A DNA stretch of 32,000 nt from the NCBI RefSeq assembly GCF_014837235.1, contig NZ_JACYFT010000001.1, forward strand, positions 477,688-509,687, read 5' to 3'. The stretch is from Limnohabitans radicicola. GTDB lineage: Bacteria; Pseudomonadota; Gammaproteobacteria; Burkholderiales; Burkholderiaceae_C. Position 1 is the first letter of the stretch, and every line of letters starts with the position of its first letter. Of this stretch, positions 1-10,879 are shown in pieces. The notes below the pieces were generated by a model. That model ran no database searches. It saw only the letters and a list, made by a program, of their open reading frames with translations, and was not told the origin of the DNA. A program made the position numbers and the translations under genes.

Positions 1-582
1 CAGCGCGTGGCCATGGGCCGCGCCATCGTGCGCCAGCCGCAGGTCTTCCTGTTTGACGAGCCGCTGTCCAACCTCGACGCCAAGCTGCGCGCCCAGACCC
101 GGCTGGAGATCCAGAAGCTGCACCGCGAATTGGGCATCACCAGCCTGTTTGTGACGCACGACCAGGTGGAAGCCATGACCCTGGCCCAGCGCATGATCGT
201 GATGAACGGCGGCCACATGGAGCAGTTCGGCACGCCCGAAGAGGTCTACAACCGCCCGGCCAGCACCTTTGTGGCCAGCTTCATCGGCTCGCCGCCCATG
301 AACTTGCTCCAGCGCGCACCGGGCACGCCCGACGGGCAAATTCTGGGCATCCGGCCCGAGCACTTGGACATCACGCCTTCCGGTGGCTGGACGCTGTCTG
401 TGGACACGGTGGAGCTGCTGGGTGCCGAGCGTTTGGTGCACGCCCGTCTGGGCGACGAAACCCTCACACTGCGGCTGGACGAGTCGCTGCCCGCGCCACA
501 ACCGGGCACCACCTTCCACGCCACCCCCCGCGCAGACCGTGTGCACTGGTTCGATGCGCACACCCAAAAACGCATCGCCTGA
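1..582 (+). CDS. ugpC: ABC transporter ATP-binding protein, UgpC/MalK type, C-terminal part (5' end outside window)
   Basis: Frame 1 is open from base 1. Translation [30 protein letters not shown] gives Walker B/D-loop, an H-loop (VTHD), then a MalK-like C-terminal domain. It is followed directly by ugpQ. Confidence 0.8.
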   Translation, partial: QRVAMGRAIVRQPQVFLFDEPLSNLDAKLRAQTRLEIQKLHRELGITSLFVTHDQVEAMTLAQRMIVMNGGHMEQFGTPEEVYNRPASTFVASFIGSPPMNLLQRAPGTPDGQILGIRPEHLDITPSGGWTLSVDTVELLGAERLVHARLGDETLTLRLDESLPAPQPGTTFHATPRADRVHWFDAHTQKRIA

Positions 583-592
583 ATCGCACAGC

Positions 593-1327
593 ATGCAGTA
601 CTGGCCCTACCCCCGCTGGATCGCCCACCGAGGCGCGGGCAAACTCGCCCCCGAAAACACCCTGGCCGCCTTCCGGCTGGGGGCCGAGCACGGCTACCGC
701 ATGTTCGAATGCGATGCCAAACTCAGCGCCGACGGTGTGGTATTTCTGATGCACGACGCCGCGCTGGAACGCACCACCAACGGCCACGGCATCGGTGGCG
801 ATCTTTCCTGGCAGGCGCTTTCACAACTGGACGCTGGCAGTTGGCATTCACGCGCCTTTGCGGGCGAGCCTTTACCCACCCTCGAAGCCCTGGCACGCTT
901 TTGCCTGGCCAACCGCTACCTGCTCAACATCGAGATCAAGCCCACCCCGGGCGCCGAAGCGGCGACGGGCGACGCGGTTGCACGTCTGGCCGAACAACTG
1001 TGGCAAGGCGCCAAAGTGCCGCCACTGCTGACCTCGTTTAAACCCGACGCCCTGGCTGCCGCACAAGCAGCGGCCCCCAAGTTACCCCGTGGGCTGCTGG
1101 TGGACACGCTGTGGGATGGCTGGTTTCTCAAAGCCCAAGAACTCGGCTGCGTGGCGGTGGTCGCCAACTATGCCCTGTGGGACGCCACCACCGTGGCCCA
1201 GGTCCACGGGGCAGGCATGCGGTGCCTGAGCTACACCGTCAACGACGAGTGGGCCGCACAACACCTGCTGGCGCTGGGCACCGACGGCATCATCACAGAC
1301 CGGGTGGACCTGTTCAGCCCGGACTGA
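593..1327 (+). CDS. ugpQ: glycerophosphodiester phosphodiesterase
   Basis: Internal ATG at 593 of ORF 383..1327. MQYWPYPRWIAHRGAGKLAPENTLAAF...FECDAKLSADGVVFLMHDAALERTTNG closely resembles the E. coli UgpQ N-terminus (GDPD domain HRG/ENT/E-D motifs). Confidence 0.85.
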   Translation: MQYWPYPRWIAHRGAGKLAPENTLAAFRLGAEHGYRMFECDAKLSADGVVFLMHDAALERTTNGHGIGGDLSWQALSQLDAGSWHSRAFAGEPLPTLEALARFCLANRYLLNIEIKPTPGAEAATGDAVARLAEQLWQGAKVPPLLTSFKPDALAAAQAAAPKLPRGLLVDTLWDGWFLKAQELGCVAVVANYALWDATTVAQVHGAGMRCLSYTVNDEWAAQHLLALGTDGIITDRVDLFSPD

Positions 1328-1328
1328 A

Positions 1329-2306
1329 TCAGTCGAGCTTGGCGCCCGACTTCTGAACCACGTCGGCCCAGCGGGGCATCTCGGCCGCCAGGAATTTGGC
1401 AAAGTCGTCTGCCCCCAGAAACGCCGGATCAGCCCCCTGAGACACCATGCGCGACCTGATGTCGGGCTGTGCCAGCACCGCCTTGAATGCGTCACTGAGT
1501 TTGCTCACCACATCTTTCGGTGTGCCTGCGGGAGCCAGGAAACCGTAGAAACCGACCACCTCGAAGTTTTTCAATCCGGATTCGATGGCCGTGGGCACAT
1601 CGGGCAAGGCCGGGCTGCGTTCCCGACTGGTCACGGCCAAGGCCCGCACCTTGCCCTGCTTGTGGTACTGGGCGGCTTGCGGAATGCTCTCGGCCATGAA
1701 TTGGACTTGCCCCGCCATCAGGTCGGTGAAGGCAGGCGCACTGCCCCGGTAAGGGATGTGCACCATGAACACGCCTGTGGCCGACTTGAACATCTCGGGC
1801 ACCAGGTGACTGCTGCCGCCATTGCCGGCCGAGCCGTAATTGATCTGCCCAGGGCGGGCCTTGGCGTACTGGATGAACTCGGGCAAGGAGCTCACAGGCA
1901 CCTTGGGGTTGACCAAAAAGGCCAGGGGCTGCATGGCCGTGCGCGCCACCGGCACAAAGTCACGCAGCGTGTTGTAGGGCAACTTGCTGTAGAGCGCCGG
2001 GTTGATGACCATCACTCCGGTGTTGGCCAGCATGAGGGTGTGACCATCTGCGGGGGCTTTCATGACTTCCTGGGCGCCCACCGTGCCGCCAGCACCTGAC
2101 TTGTAGTCGATGATGACCGGCTGCCCGAGCTGGGCCTGCAGGCGGTCCGACAGGATGCGCGCATGCTGGTCCAGCGGCCCGCCCGCCGGAAAGCCCATGA
2201 CGATGCGGATGGGTTTGGTCGGAAAGGCCCAAGCGGCAGAACTGCTCAGCCCAGCCAAAGCCACACAGACACAAGTCAACAAACCCCGGTAGATGGCGTT
2301 TTTCAT
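1329..2306 (-). CDS. Bug/TctC-family (tripartite tricarboxylate transporter) periplasmic substrate-binding protein
   Basis: Signal peptide, then FPTKPIRIVMGFPAGGPLD...GGTVGA...NYGSAGNGGSSHL, typical of the Bug family. Start chosen at MKNAIY (2306) because a GAGGA sits 8 nt upstream. Confidence 0.85.
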   Translation of the reverse strand: MKNAIYRGLLTCVCVALAGLSSSAAWAFPTKPIRIVMGFPAGGPLDQHARILSDRLQAQLGQPVIIDYKSGAGGTVGAQEVMKAPADGHTLMLANTGVMVINPALYSKLPYNTLRDFVPVARTAMQPLAFLVNPKVPVSSLPEFIQYAKARPGQINYGSAGNGGSSHLVPEMFKSATGVFMVHIPYRGSAPAFTDLMAGQVQFMAESIPQAAQYHKQGKVRALAVTSRERSPALPDVPTAIESGLKNFEVVGFYGFLAPAGTPKDVVSKLSDAFKAVLAQPDIRSRMVSQGADPAFLGADDFAKFLAAEMPRWADVVQKSGAKLD

Positions 2307-2332
2307 CGAAAGCATCCTCATGTTCAGCCCCT

Positions 2333-2608
2333 TCATCGGCGTGTCCAACCACGGTGCATGGCCCATTCGGCCGTGGCGGCCAGAAAAATCAATGCAAAGT
2401 AAGTGCTCATTTTTCCGTCATGGCCCTGCAGCACCAGGCCTGCCACCAGCACCAGCAAACCCAGCACGGCATGGACCACCATGCGCCGTCCCCAAGGCGT
2501 GCCGCCGGGCCCCATGACCCAGCGCCCCGCACCGGGCATGAACAGTGCCATGGCGAATGCGGGCAGCACGAAGTTGAACAAATGCAAAACCAATTGCCAA
2601 AGGGTCAT
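2333..2608 (-). CDS. small hydrophobic membrane protein (about 3 TM), hypothetical
   Basis: 91-aa ORF co-oriented with and just upstream of the Bug gene. Hydrophobic helices present, no recognisable SD, no family recognised. Confidence 0.45.
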   Translation of the reverse strand: MTLWQLVLHLFNFVLPAFAMALFMPGAGRWVMGPGGTPWGRRMVVHAVLGLLVLVAGLVLQGHDGKMSTYFALIFLAATAEWAMHRGWTRR

Positions 2609-2699
2609 ACAGACAGGTCAAAACACGGATAGGGCATTGTGCCTTGCGCCAACCGCCTGTCGGAGGGCCTTCTTCTAGGGGGTTTCTATAATCCAGCGC

Positions 2700-3971
2700 A
2701 TGGCTGTCTGGACCCTGGGCTTGAATCACACGACCGCGCCGCTGGATTTGCGCGGCCGGTTTGCCTTTGCCTTGGACCAGCTCACGCCCACCCTCAGCGC
2801 CTTGCGCAGCGATCTGGCCAGCCAGACTTCGCAGCCCCCCGAAGCGGCCATCCTCTCGACCTGCAACCGCACCGAAATTTACTGCGCCGCAGACCAGGCC
2901 GCCACCGCCGACACCTTGCGCTGGCTGGCCCAAACGGGCGGTGTGACCCCGCAAGAGCTGCAGTCGCACACTTACCTGCTCGAAGGCGATGAAGTGGCCC
3001 GCCACGCTTTCCGCGTGGCCAGCGGGCTGGACTCCATGGTGCTGGGCGAGGCGCAGATCCTGGGTCAACTCAAGGACGCCGTGCGCGCTGCCGAAAACGC
3101 GGGAGCTCTGGGCACCACGCTCAACCAGTTGTTCCAGCGCAGCTTTGCGGTGGCCAAAGAGGTGCGCAGCTCCACCGAAATCGGGGCCCATTCGATCAGC
3201 ATGGCCGCCGCCTCGGTGCGGCTGGCCAGCCAGCTGTTTGAAGACCTGAAAGACATACGCGTGCTGTTTGTGGGCGCGGGCGAGATGATCGAGCTGGTGG
3301 TGACCCACTTTGCGGCCAAGAACCCCAAATCGATGGCGATTGCCAACCGCACCATGGAACGAGGCGAAAAGCTGGCGGGCCGTTTTGGTGGCGAGGTCAT
3401 GCGCCTGTCCGACCTGCCCTCGCGCCTGCACGAATTCGACGCGGTCATCAGCTGCACCGCCAGCACCTTGCCTTTGATCGGTCTGGGAACGGTGGAGCGG
3501 GCCCTCAAACAACGCAAGCACCGCCCCATGTTCATGGTCGATCTGGCGGTGCCACGCGACATCGAACCCGAGGTGAAGTCGCTGGACGATGTTTACCTCT
3601 ACACCGTGGACGACCTGGCCAGCGTGGTGCAGGCCGGGCAAGCCCAGCGCCAGGCGGCTGTGGCCGAGGCCGAAGTGATCATCGACGCAGGGGTGCAGAG
3701 CTTCAAGCACTGGCTGGGCCAACGCGGCACGGTGCCCGTGATCCAGCAACTGCAGGAGCAGGCCGATGCCTGGCGTGAAGCCGAACTGGCCCGTGCCCGC
3801 AAGCTGCTGGCCAAGGGCGACAGCCCTGAGGCGGTGCTCGAATCCTTGTCGCGCGGCCTGACCCAAAAAATGCTGCACGGCGCGATGGCTGAGTTGCGCA
3901 GTGCCGACCCCGAGCACCGCGAGCAGACCGTGCAGACGGTACAGCGGCTCTTCTTGCGCCAGGAGCGTTAG
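2700..3971 (+). CDS. hemA: glutamyl-tRNA reductase
   Basis: [23 protein letters not shown]...STCNRTEIY...[12 protein letters not shown]...VGAGEM are HemA hallmarks. It sits in the conserved hemA-prfA-prmC order. Confidence 0.95.
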   Translation: MAVWTLGLNHTTAPLDLRGRFAFALDQLTPTLSALRSDLASQTSQPPEAAILSTCNRTEIYCAADQAATADTLRWLAQTGGVTPQELQSHTYLLEGDEVARHAFRVASGLDSMVLGEAQILGQLKDAVRAAENAGALGTTLNQLFQRSFAVAKEVRSSTEIGAHSISMAAASVRLASQLFEDLKDIRVLFVGAGEMIELVVTHFAAKNPKSMAIANRTMERGEKLAGRFGGEVMRLSDLPSRLHEFDAVISCTASTLPLIGLGTVERALKQRKHRPMFMVDLAVPRDIEPEVKSLDDVYLYTVDDLASVVQAGQAQRQAAVAEAEVIIDAGVQSFKHWLGQRGTVPVIQQLQEQADAWREAELARARKLLAKGDSPEAVLESLSRGLTQKMLHGAMAELRSADPEHREQTVQTVQRLFLRQER

Positions 3972-4054
3972 CGCCACCACAGGCCATGCGCCTGTGCCCT
4001 GCCGCTGTGCCAACCTCGCGTGGCACCTGTCCCGTTCCTTGTGAGTGCCTTGCC

Positions 4055-5155
4055 TTGAAACCTTTTTTGATCCAGCAACTCGAACGCTACGCCGAACGCC
4101 TGGCCGAGCTGGACTTTTTGCTCTCGCGCGAAGACATCATGGCCGACATGGGCCAGTTCATGAAGCTTTCGCGTGAACACGCCGACGTGGCCGCCGTGGC
4201 CAGCCGCTACGCCCGCTACCAGCAGCGAAGCGCCGACCTGCGCGAAGCCCGCCAGATGCAGGCCGAGCTGCCCGAGAGCGATGAGATGCACGCCATGGCG
4301 GGCGAAGAAATCACCTCGGCCGAACACGAACTGACCGAGCTGGCCGCCGAGCTGCAGCGCATGTTGCTGCCCAAAGACCCGCAAGATGCCCGTCCGGCGT
4401 ATCTGGAAATCCGCGCCGGAACCGGAGGCGACGAGTCGGCTTTGTTTGCAGGTGATCTGCTGCGCATGTACACCCGCTACGCCCAGGCCCAGGGCTGGAA
4501 GACGGAGCTGCTGTCCGAGTCGCCCAGCGAGTTGGGGGGCTACAAGGAAGTGGTGCTCCGCGTCGAGGGCGACAACGTTTACGGCGCGCTCAAGTTCGAG
4601 TCGGGCGGCCACCGGGTGCAGCGCGTGCCCGCCACCGAGACGCAAGGCCGCATCCACACCAGCGCCTGCACCGTGGCGGTGCTGGCCGAGCCCGATGAAG
4701 CCGAGGCGATCAAGATCAACCCATCGGACTTGCGCATCGACACCTACCGCGCCAGCGGTGCGGGTGGCCAGCACATCAACAAGACCGACTCGGCCGTGCG
4801 CATCACGCACTTGCCCACCGGCATCGTGGCCGAGTGCCAGGACGGCCGCAGCCAGCACAGCAATAAGGCCCAGGCCCTCAAGGTGTTGACCGCCCGCATC
4901 CAGGAAAAAGACCGGGCCGAACGCGCCGCCAAGGACGCGGCCCTGCGCAAGGGCCTGATCGGCAGCGGCGACCGCTCGGACCGCATCCGCACTTACAACT
5001 TCCCGCAGGGCCGCTGCACCGACCACCGCATCAACCTCACGCTCTACAAGCTGCCCTTCATCATGGAAGGCGATCTGAAAGACGTGATCGATGCCCTGCA
5101 GGCCGCGCGCCAGGCCGAGCAGCTGGCTGAGCTGGAGATTGGCGGCGTGGCATGA
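4055..5155 (+). CDS. prfA: peptide chain release factor 1
   Basis: PAT tripeptide motif ([14 protein letters not shown]) and GGQ motif ([16 protein letters not shown]). Start placed at in-frame TTG 4055 ([10 protein letters not shown]...), giving a normal RF1 length of about 366 aa; the ATG at 3986 would add an atypical Cys/Pro-rich extension. Confidence 0.93.
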   Translation: MKPFLIQQLERYAERLAELDFLLSREDIMADMGQFMKLSREHADVAAVASRYARYQQRSADLREARQMQAELPESDEMHAMAGEEITSAEHELTELAAELQRMLLPKDPQDARPAYLEIRAGTGGDESALFAGDLLRMYTRYAQAQGWKTELLSESPSELGGYKEVVLRVEGDNVYGALKFESGGHRVQRVPATETQGRIHTSACTVAVLAEPDEAEAIKINPSDLRIDTYRASGAGGQHINKTDSAVRITHLPTGIVAECQDGRSQHSNKAQALKVLTARIQEKDRAERAAKDAALRKGLIGSGDRSDRIRTYNFPQGRCTDHRINLTLYKLPFIMEGDLKDVIDALQAARQAEQLAELEIGGVA

Positions 5156-5994
5156 CCCCCATCACCCTGGCCCAAAGCCTGCAGCAAGCCCAAATGCTGG
5201 GGCTGGCGCGCATCGATGCACAGCTGCTGCACCTGCATGCGCTGGGGCGTGAGCCGCATGACCGTGCCTGGCTGCTGGCCCACGATCGCGACGCCTTGCC
5301 TGCCGAGGTGCAGACCCAGCTCGAAGCTTTGCTGCAACGGCGCCTGGCGGGCGAACCCATCGCCTACATCACCGGGTTCAAAGAGTTCTTTGGCTTGCGG
5401 CTGCAGGTGGACGCCCGTGTGCTCGACCCGCGCCCCGACACCGAAACGCTGGTGGAATGGGCCCTGGACCTGCTGCCCGAGGGTTGCACCCAACGCGTGC
5501 TGGACCTGGGCACGGGCAGCGGCGCCGTGGCCCTGGCTCTGCAACACCAGCGCCCCAGCTGTAGCGTGACCGCCGTGGACGCCAGTGCCGACGCCCTGAC
5601 TGTGGCCAGCGCCAACGCCCAACGATTGAACCTGCCTGTGCGCTTTGTGCAAAGCGACTGGATGGCCGCTGTACCTGGCACGTTTGAATTGATCGTTTCC
5701 AACCCGCCGTATGTGGCTGACAGCGACCCGCACCTGGCCGCCCTGACGCACGAGCCCCTGCAGGCCCTGACCAGTGGCGCAGATGGCCTGGATGACATCC
5801 GACACATCGTGGCCCAGGCCCCCAGCCACTTGGCCCCGGGCGGCTGGCTGCTGCTGGAGCACGGCTGGGACCAGGCGCAGGCAGTGCAGGCCCTGCTGGC
5901 GAGCGCCGGATTTGAATCGGTGCAGTCGCGCCGGGATCTGGCGGGCGCCGAACGCTGCACAGGCGGGCGCCTGGCCCAGTCAAAAAACACCTGA
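5152..5994 (+). CDS. prmC: release factor glutamine N5-methyltransferase
   Basis: 4-nt overlap with the prfA stop. SAM-binding [12 protein letters not shown] and catalytic NPPY (IVSNPPYV). Confidence 0.9.
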   Translation: MTPITLAQSLQQAQMLGLARIDAQLLHLHALGREPHDRAWLLAHDRDALPAEVQTQLEALLQRRLAGEPIAYITGFKEFFGLRLQVDARVLDPRPDTETLVEWALDLLPEGCTQRVLDLGTGSGAVALALQHQRPSCSVTAVDASADALTVASANAQRLNLPVRFVQSDWMAAVPGTFELIVSNPPYVADSDPHLAALTHEPLQALTSGADGLDDIRHIVAQAPSHLAPGGWLLLEHGWDQAQAVQALLASAGFESVQSRRDLAGAERCTGGRLAQSKNT

Positions 5995-6137
5995 CCCTGG
6001 GGCAGACCTGCGCACTGCGGGCCCCAGGCACGCAGGCGACAGGCGACGTGCCCCATCGGTGTTCTCCCCGATGCGCCACAGGCGCAATTGCCCCAGCATG
6101 TGGATTCAGGTCACTCCCTTGCAACAGGAAAAACACC

Positions 6138-7124
6138 ATGGAATTCATGCCCGGCAAACTCATCAAAGCATTTGTGAGCGCCAGCTGCGTGCTGGCTTGC
6201 GGCTTGGCTGCCGCGCAAACCTATCCCAGCAAGCCCATCAGTCTGGTGGTGCCGTTTGCGGCGGGTGGCCCCACCGACATCGTGGCGCGCACGCTGGCGG
6301 CCACCATGAGCAAGTCCTTGGGCCAAACCGTGCTGGTGGAAAACAAGGTCGGCGCTGGCGGCACCCTGGCCGCTGCCTATGTGGCCAAGGCCAACCCCGA
6401 TGGTTACACCTTCCTGATCCACCACAACGGCATGTCGACCGCGCCTGCGCTGTACCGCAAATTGCCCTACAACCCGCTGACCGACTTCGAGTACGTCAGC
6501 CAGGTCGTGGACGTCCCCATGACTTTGCTGGGCCGCAAGGACCTGCCTGCCAAAAACCTGCAGGAGCTGAGCAGCCACGTCAAAGCCAACGCCAAGAACA
6601 TCAACCTGGCCAACGCGGGCCTGGGGGCGGTGTCGCATCTGTGCGGCATGCTGTTTCAGCAAGCGCTGGGGGTGGACCTGACCACGGTGCCGTTTTCAGG
6701 CACCGCGCCTGCCATGAACGCCTTGCTGGGCGGGCAGGTGGATCTGTTGTGTGACCAAACCACCCAAACCACGCAGCACATCAAGGCGGGCACCGTGCGC
6801 ATGTACGGCGTGACCACCAAACAGCGCATCCGCGCCCTGCCCGACGCCCTCACGCTCCACGAAAGCGGCATGAAGGATTTCGAGGTCATTGTCTGGCATG
6901 GTGTCTACGCGCCCAAGGGCACACCCGCTGCCGTGATCGACAAAGTGGGTTCGGCCATCCGCACCAGTCTCAAAGACCCTGCGTTCACCGCGCGCATGGC
7001 CGATCTGGGGGCCGAAATCGTGCCGGAAGCCAAGCAGACTTCTGAAGGCCTGCGCAGCTGGCTGCAGTCTGAAATCGGCAAATGGGGCCCGGTGATCCGC
7101 TCGGCGGGCGTCTACGCCGACTGA
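6138..7124 (+). CDS. Bug/TctC-family periplasmic substrate-binding protein (second copy)
   Basis: ATG 6138 preceded by AGGA. Signal peptide, then YPSKPISLVVPFAAGGPTD...AGGTLAAAYV...NLANAGLGAVSHL. Confidence 0.85.
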   Translation: MEFMPGKLIKAFVSASCVLACGLAAAQTYPSKPISLVVPFAAGGPTDIVARTLAATMSKSLGQTVLVENKVGAGGTLAAAYVAKANPDGYTFLIHHNGMSTAPALYRKLPYNPLTDFEYVSQVVDVPMTLLGRKDLPAKNLQELSSHVKANAKNINLANAGLGAVSHLCGMLFQQALGVDLTTVPFSGTAPAMNALLGGQVDLLCDQTTQTTQHIKAGTVRMYGVTTKQRIRALPDALTLHESGMKDFEVIVWHGVYAPKGTPAAVIDKVGSAIRTSLKDPAFTARMADLGAEIVPEAKQTSEGLRSWLQSEIGKWGPVIRSAGVYAD

Positions 7125-7267
7125 GGTTATTGCAGATCCCCATCGCAGGCCCTCCCCTCTGGGGCTTGCGATTGTCCCCGCGGCCGACGACCCCTTAGCG
7201 CGGTGCAGGCTTTCAATCAGAGGGATAATCCACCCATCTGACAAAAGCCCCATTTGGAGTAAAGACC

Positions 7268-7591
7268 ATGAGCGACACCCAGCAACGCATCGACGAACTC
7301 GTCAAAGGCAACGAGATCTTGCTGTTCATGAAAGGCAGCGCCAGCTTCCCCATGTGCGGCTTCTCAGGCCGCGCCATCCAGATCCTCAAAGCCTGCGGCG
7401 TGGACCCCAAGACGGTCAAAACCGTGAACGTGCTGGACGACGCTGAAATCCGCCAGGGCATCAAGGAATACAGCAACTGGCCCACCATCCCGCAGCTCTA
7501 CATCAAAGGCGAATTCATCGGCGGCTCGGACATCATGATGGACATGTACGAATCGGGCGAACTGCAGCAAGTGATCAGCGGCCAAGCCTGA
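7268..7591 (+). CDS. grxD: monothiol (Grx4-type) glutaredoxin
   Basis: 107 aa with the CGFS active site (FPMCGFSGRA), WPTIPQLYI and GGSDI motifs. Confidence 0.92.
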   Translation: MSDTQQRIDELVKGNEILLFMKGSASFPMCGFSGRAIQILKACGVDPKTVKTVNVLDDAEIRQGIKEYSNWPTIPQLYIKGEFIGGSDIMMDMYESGELQQVISGQA

Positions 7592-7611
7592 ACGACCACT
7601 GCCCCGGATTC

Positions 7612-7636
7612 AAAGCCACCTGCGGGTGGCTTTTTT
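7612..7636. terminator. rho-independent terminator between convergent grxD and the transglycosylase gene
   Basis: AGCCACC-tgcg-GGTGGCT stem (7614-7620 / 7625-7631) flanked by an A-run and TTTTTT. Confidence 0.75.
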
Positions 7637-7640
7637 CATG

Positions 7641-8276
7641 TCAATCGACCACCTGCCGCCAAGCGCGCTGCGCAGCCATGACCGCGTTGGGGTAAGCGGC
7701 CTGTCCGCGTGAGCCGTTATACCGGCCCAGGCCCATGAAAGCGTCACCCGCTTCGCGGTCGAGCAGGTAACGCAAGATCACGCAGCCAAACCGCAGGTTG
7801 GTCTGCATGTGAAAGAGCCGCCCTGCGTCGCCATCGCCGATCAGGCGGGCCCAGAAAGGCATGATTTGCATGTACCCCAGTGCCCCGGCGCTGGAGACAG
7901 CGTGTTTGCGAAACCCACTCTCGACTTGCACCAGCCCCAAGACCAGGGATAAGGAGAGACCCGCTCGACGCGTTTCGTACCAGAGGGTTTGCAAAAATTC
8001 CTGCCGCTCCACCGGGTGGGGCATGTAAGAGGTCAGGCGTGTGCTGCAGGCCAGCAGCCATCGGTCATGGGCCTGCCGCTCGTCGGCAGAGGTAAAGATC
8101 AACGCTGGCGGCGCACTGCCGGCCACAGCGGCGCTCAAGGCCGTGCGCACGGCGTGAGACAGTGGCTCCTCAATCTGCCGCCCGGCCATCGCGGGCGACA
8201 CGGGCCACAAGCCCGCCGCGCAAGTCGCCAAAACAAGGCGCCGGGTCAGTGCTTGCGGGCTGGGCTCAGCGGCCAT
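7641..8276 (-). CDS. lytic transglycosylase (SLT domain) with signal peptide
   Basis: LVLGLVQVESGFRKHAVSSAGALGYMQIMP carries the catalytic E-S and GLMQ-like motifs. Start set at MAAEPS (8276) because the longer ORF would overlap the proS 3' end. Confidence 0.75.
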   Translation of the reverse strand: MAAEPSPQALTRRLVLATCAAGLWPVSPAMAGRQIEEPLSHAVRTALSAAVAGSAPPALIFTSADERQAHDRWLLACSTRLTSYMPHPVERQEFLQTLWYETRRAGLSLSLVLGLVQVESGFRKHAVSSAGALGYMQIMPFWARLIGDGDAGRLFHMQTNLRFGCVILRYLLDREAGDAFMGLGRYNGSRGQAAYPNAVMAAQRAWRQVVD

Positions 8277-8331
8277 CACCGCACCCTGGGGCAGCTGCTG
8301 GCTGCTGGCGCATGTCGGTGTCAGGCCGACT

Positions 8332-10077
8332 TCAAGCCGACAAACGGCCCAGGATGAAGTCCAACACCTCAGCCGCCGGCACCTTGGACGCCTCGGTGTC
8401 GCGGCGGTGCTGGTACTCGACCTGACCGTCCTTGAGGCCTTTGTCACCGATCGTGATGCGATGTGGCACACCGATCAGCTCCCAGTCGGCAAACATGGCG
8501 CCGGGCCGCTCGCCGCGGTCGTCCAGGATCACGTCCACACCTGCAGCCAAGAGGCCGTTGTAGATGCGCTCGGCTTCCAGCTTGACCGCTTCGCTGCGGT
8601 CCATGCCGATGGGGCAGACCACCACAGTGAAAGGGGCGATGGCGTCTGGCCAAATGATGCCGCGCTCGTCGTGGTTTTGCTCGATGGCAGCAGCAGGCAG
8701 GCGCGTCACGCCAATGCCGTAGCAACCCATTTCGAGGAATTGCGGCTTGCCGTCTTCGCCCAGGAAAGTGGCGTTCATGGCCTTGGAGTACTTGGTGCCC
8801 AGGTAGAAAACATGGCCGACTTCAATGCCACGCTCAATGGCCAGTTCGCCCTGGCCGTCGGGCGATTTGTCGCCCGCGACCACGTTGCGGATGTCGGCCA
8901 CCAGCGCGGGCTCGGGCAAGTCGCGGCCCCAATTGACGCCAGTGATGTGGAAGTCTTCTTCGTTGGCGCCGCAGATCCAGTCGGCCATGACGGCCACGTC
9001 GCGGTCGGCCACCAAGTGCACGGGCTTTTTGAGGTTCAGCGGACCCAGGTAACCAGGCTTGCAGCCAAAGTGCTCTTCGATCTCGCTCAAGGTCGCAAAG
9101 CGGAAACGGCCTTCCATGCCAGGCAGTTTGCCGACCTTGACTTCATTCATGTCGTGGTCGCCACGCAGCAGCAAGAGCCAGACTTGGGATTTGACGATCT
9201 CCCCCTGCTCATCGAGCGTGTCGGTGGCCAGCACCAGCGATTTGACGGTGGTGGACAGCGGCACGTTCAGCAAGGCGGCCACGTCTTCGCAGGTGCTCTT
9301 GCCGGGTGTTGGGGTCTTGGTCAGCGCTTGTGTGGCCGCGCCGCGTGGCTGGCTGGGGGCCAGGGCCTCGGCCTTTTCCATGTTGGCGGCGTAGTCGCTG
9401 CCCGGGCAGTACACGATGGCGTCTTCACCCGTGGCGGCGATCACCTGGAACTCTTCGGACAGGTCACCCCCGATGGCACCGCTGTCGGCGGCCACAGCAC
9501 GGTAGGTCAGGCCAAAGCGGTCAAAGATGCGTCGGTAGGCCGCGGCCATCACCTGGTAGCTGGCCTTGGCGCTCGCCATGTCGCGGTCAAAGCTGTAGGC
9601 GTCTTTCATGATGAATTCGCGGCCACGCATCAGGCCAAAGCGAGGGCGGCGCTCGTCGCGGAACTTGGTCTGGATCTGGTAAAAGTTTTTGGGCAGCTGT
9701 TTGTAGCTGCGCACTTCCTGGCGCACCACGTCGGTCACGACTTCTTCGCTGGTGGGCTGGATCACAAAATCACGACCGTGGCGGTCCTTGATGCGCAAGA
9801 GCTCGGGGCCCATCTTGTCAAAGCGACCTGTCTCCTGCCACAGCTCGGCCGGTTGCACCACGGGCATGGTCATCTCGATGGCACCCGCGCGGTTCATCTC
9901 TTCGCGCACGATGGCCTCGACCTTGCGGATCACCCGCAGGCCCATGGGCATGTAGTTGTAGATGCCAGCGCCCAGTTTCTTGATCATGCCGGCACGGGTC
10001 ATCAGCTTGTGGCTGACCACTTCGGCGTCGGCAGGTGCCTCTTTGAGGGTGGAGATCAGGAATTGAGAAGCTTTCAT
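8332..10077 (-). CDS. proS: proline--tRNA ligase (bacterial type with INS editing domain)
   Basis: 581 aa. [32 protein letters not shown]..., class II motifs ([26 protein letters not shown]). Confidence 0.97.
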   Translation of the reverse strand: MKASQFLISTLKEAPADAEVVSHKLMTRAGMIKKLGAGIYNYMPMGLRVIRKVEAIVREEMNRAGAIEMTMPVVQPAELWQETGRFDKMGPELLRIKDRHGRDFVIQPTSEEVVTDVVRQEVRSYKQLPKNFYQIQTKFRDERRPRFGLMRGREFIMKDAYSFDRDMASAKASYQVMAAAYRRIFDRFGLTYRAVAADSGAIGGDLSEEFQVIAATGEDAIVYCPGSDYAANMEKAEALAPSQPRGAATQALTKTPTPGKSTCEDVAALLNVPLSTTVKSLVLATDTLDEQGEIVKSQVWLLLLRGDHDMNEVKVGKLPGMEGRFRFATLSEIEEHFGCKPGYLGPLNLKKPVHLVADRDVAVMADWICGANEEDFHITGVNWGRDLPEPALVADIRNVVAGDKSPDGQGELAIERGIEVGHVFYLGTKYSKAMNATFLGEDGKPQFLEMGCYGIGVTRLPAAAIEQNHDERGIIWPDAIAPFTVVVCPIGMDRSEAVKLEAERIYNGLLAAGVDVILDDRGERPGAMFADWELIGVPHRITIGDKGLKDGQVEYQHRRDTEASKVPAAEVLDFILGRLSA

Positions 10078-10177
10078 CGCGACGAACCAATAAATCTGGG
10101 TAAATCAGGGAAACATCCAAGAGCCAAGGCCAGTGCGGCGTGCATAATGGACACAATTTAAAAATTTGGGGTTGATT

Positions 10178-10795
10178 ATGCTTGACCGTGAAGGCTTTAG
10201 GCCGAACGTCGGCATCATTCTGCTCAACCAGAAAAACCAGGTGTTCTGGGGCAAGCGCATCCGCACCCACAGCTGGCAGTTTCCGCAGGGCGGCATCGAC
10301 CGGGGCGAGAGTCCCGAGCAGGCCATGTTCCGCGAGCTGCATGAAGAGGTGGGGCTCCATCCGGAGCATGTGCGCATCGTGGCCCGCACCCGCGACTGGT
10401 TGCGCTATGAAGTGCCAGACCGCTTCATCCGCAGGGATGCACGCGGTTTTTACAAGGGCCAGAAACAGATCTGGTACCTGCTGCAATTGGTCACGCACGA
10501 CCACCACCTGAACCTGCGCGCCACCGACCACCCGGAATTCGACGCCTGGCGTTGGAACGACTACTGGGTCCCGCTCGATGTGGTGGTGGAGTTCAAGCGC
10601 GGCGTGTACGAAATGGCGCTGACCGAGTTGGCGCGCTTTCTGCCGCGCCAGGATCGACATAACCGCTACCTGCGTGGCGGGCCGCGCGGCCCACGCGAAG
10701 AACAGGAATCGGCAGCAGCCGCCGCCGAGCGGCAGCCCCCCATGCACATGGAGCTGCCACCGGGCGCCAGCTTTGACCCCAACCCACCGGGTTGA
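10178..10795 (+). CDS. rppH: RNA pyrophosphohydrolase (Nudix) with low-complexity C-terminal extension
   Basis: [17 protein letters not shown]...[28 protein letters not shown] is the Nudix box and RppH N-terminus. ATG at 10178. Confidence 0.9.
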   Translation: MLDREGFRPNVGIILLNQKNQVFWGKRIRTHSWQFPQGGIDRGESPEQAMFRELHEEVGLHPEHVRIVARTRDWLRYEVPDRFIRRDARGFYKGQKQIWYLLQLVTHDHHLNLRATDHPEFDAWRWNDYWVPLDVVVEFKRGVYEMALTELARFLPRQDRHNRYLRGGPRGPREEQESAAAAAERQPPMHMELPPGASFDPNPPG

Positions 10796-10848
10796 CAGCA
10801 TCTGCAACCTCCGGCTTGAGTTCACACCACACCTGCCCAGACGCCCAC

Positions 10849-10876
10849 AAAAAAGCCCGCAATTGCGGGCTTTTGA
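10849..10876. terminator. bidirectional rho-independent terminator (rppH / proB convergent)
   Basis: AAAAAGCCCGC-aatt-GCGGGCTTTT, a perfect stem flanked by an A-run and a T-run. Confidence 0.8.
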
Positions 10877-10879
10877 CTT

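Noticed and set aside
2418-4013. 531-aa minus-strand ORF antisense to hemA, and similarly 3968..5026 antisense to prfA
   Set aside because: These are typical high-GC shadow ORFs. The translations are Ala/Gly/Arg/His-rich with no motifs, while the opposite strand encodes unmistakable HemA and RF1.
8407-10161. 584-aa plus-strand ORF antisense to proS
   Set aside because: Shadow ORF in GC-rich DNA with a low-complexity translation. proS on the minus strand is certain.
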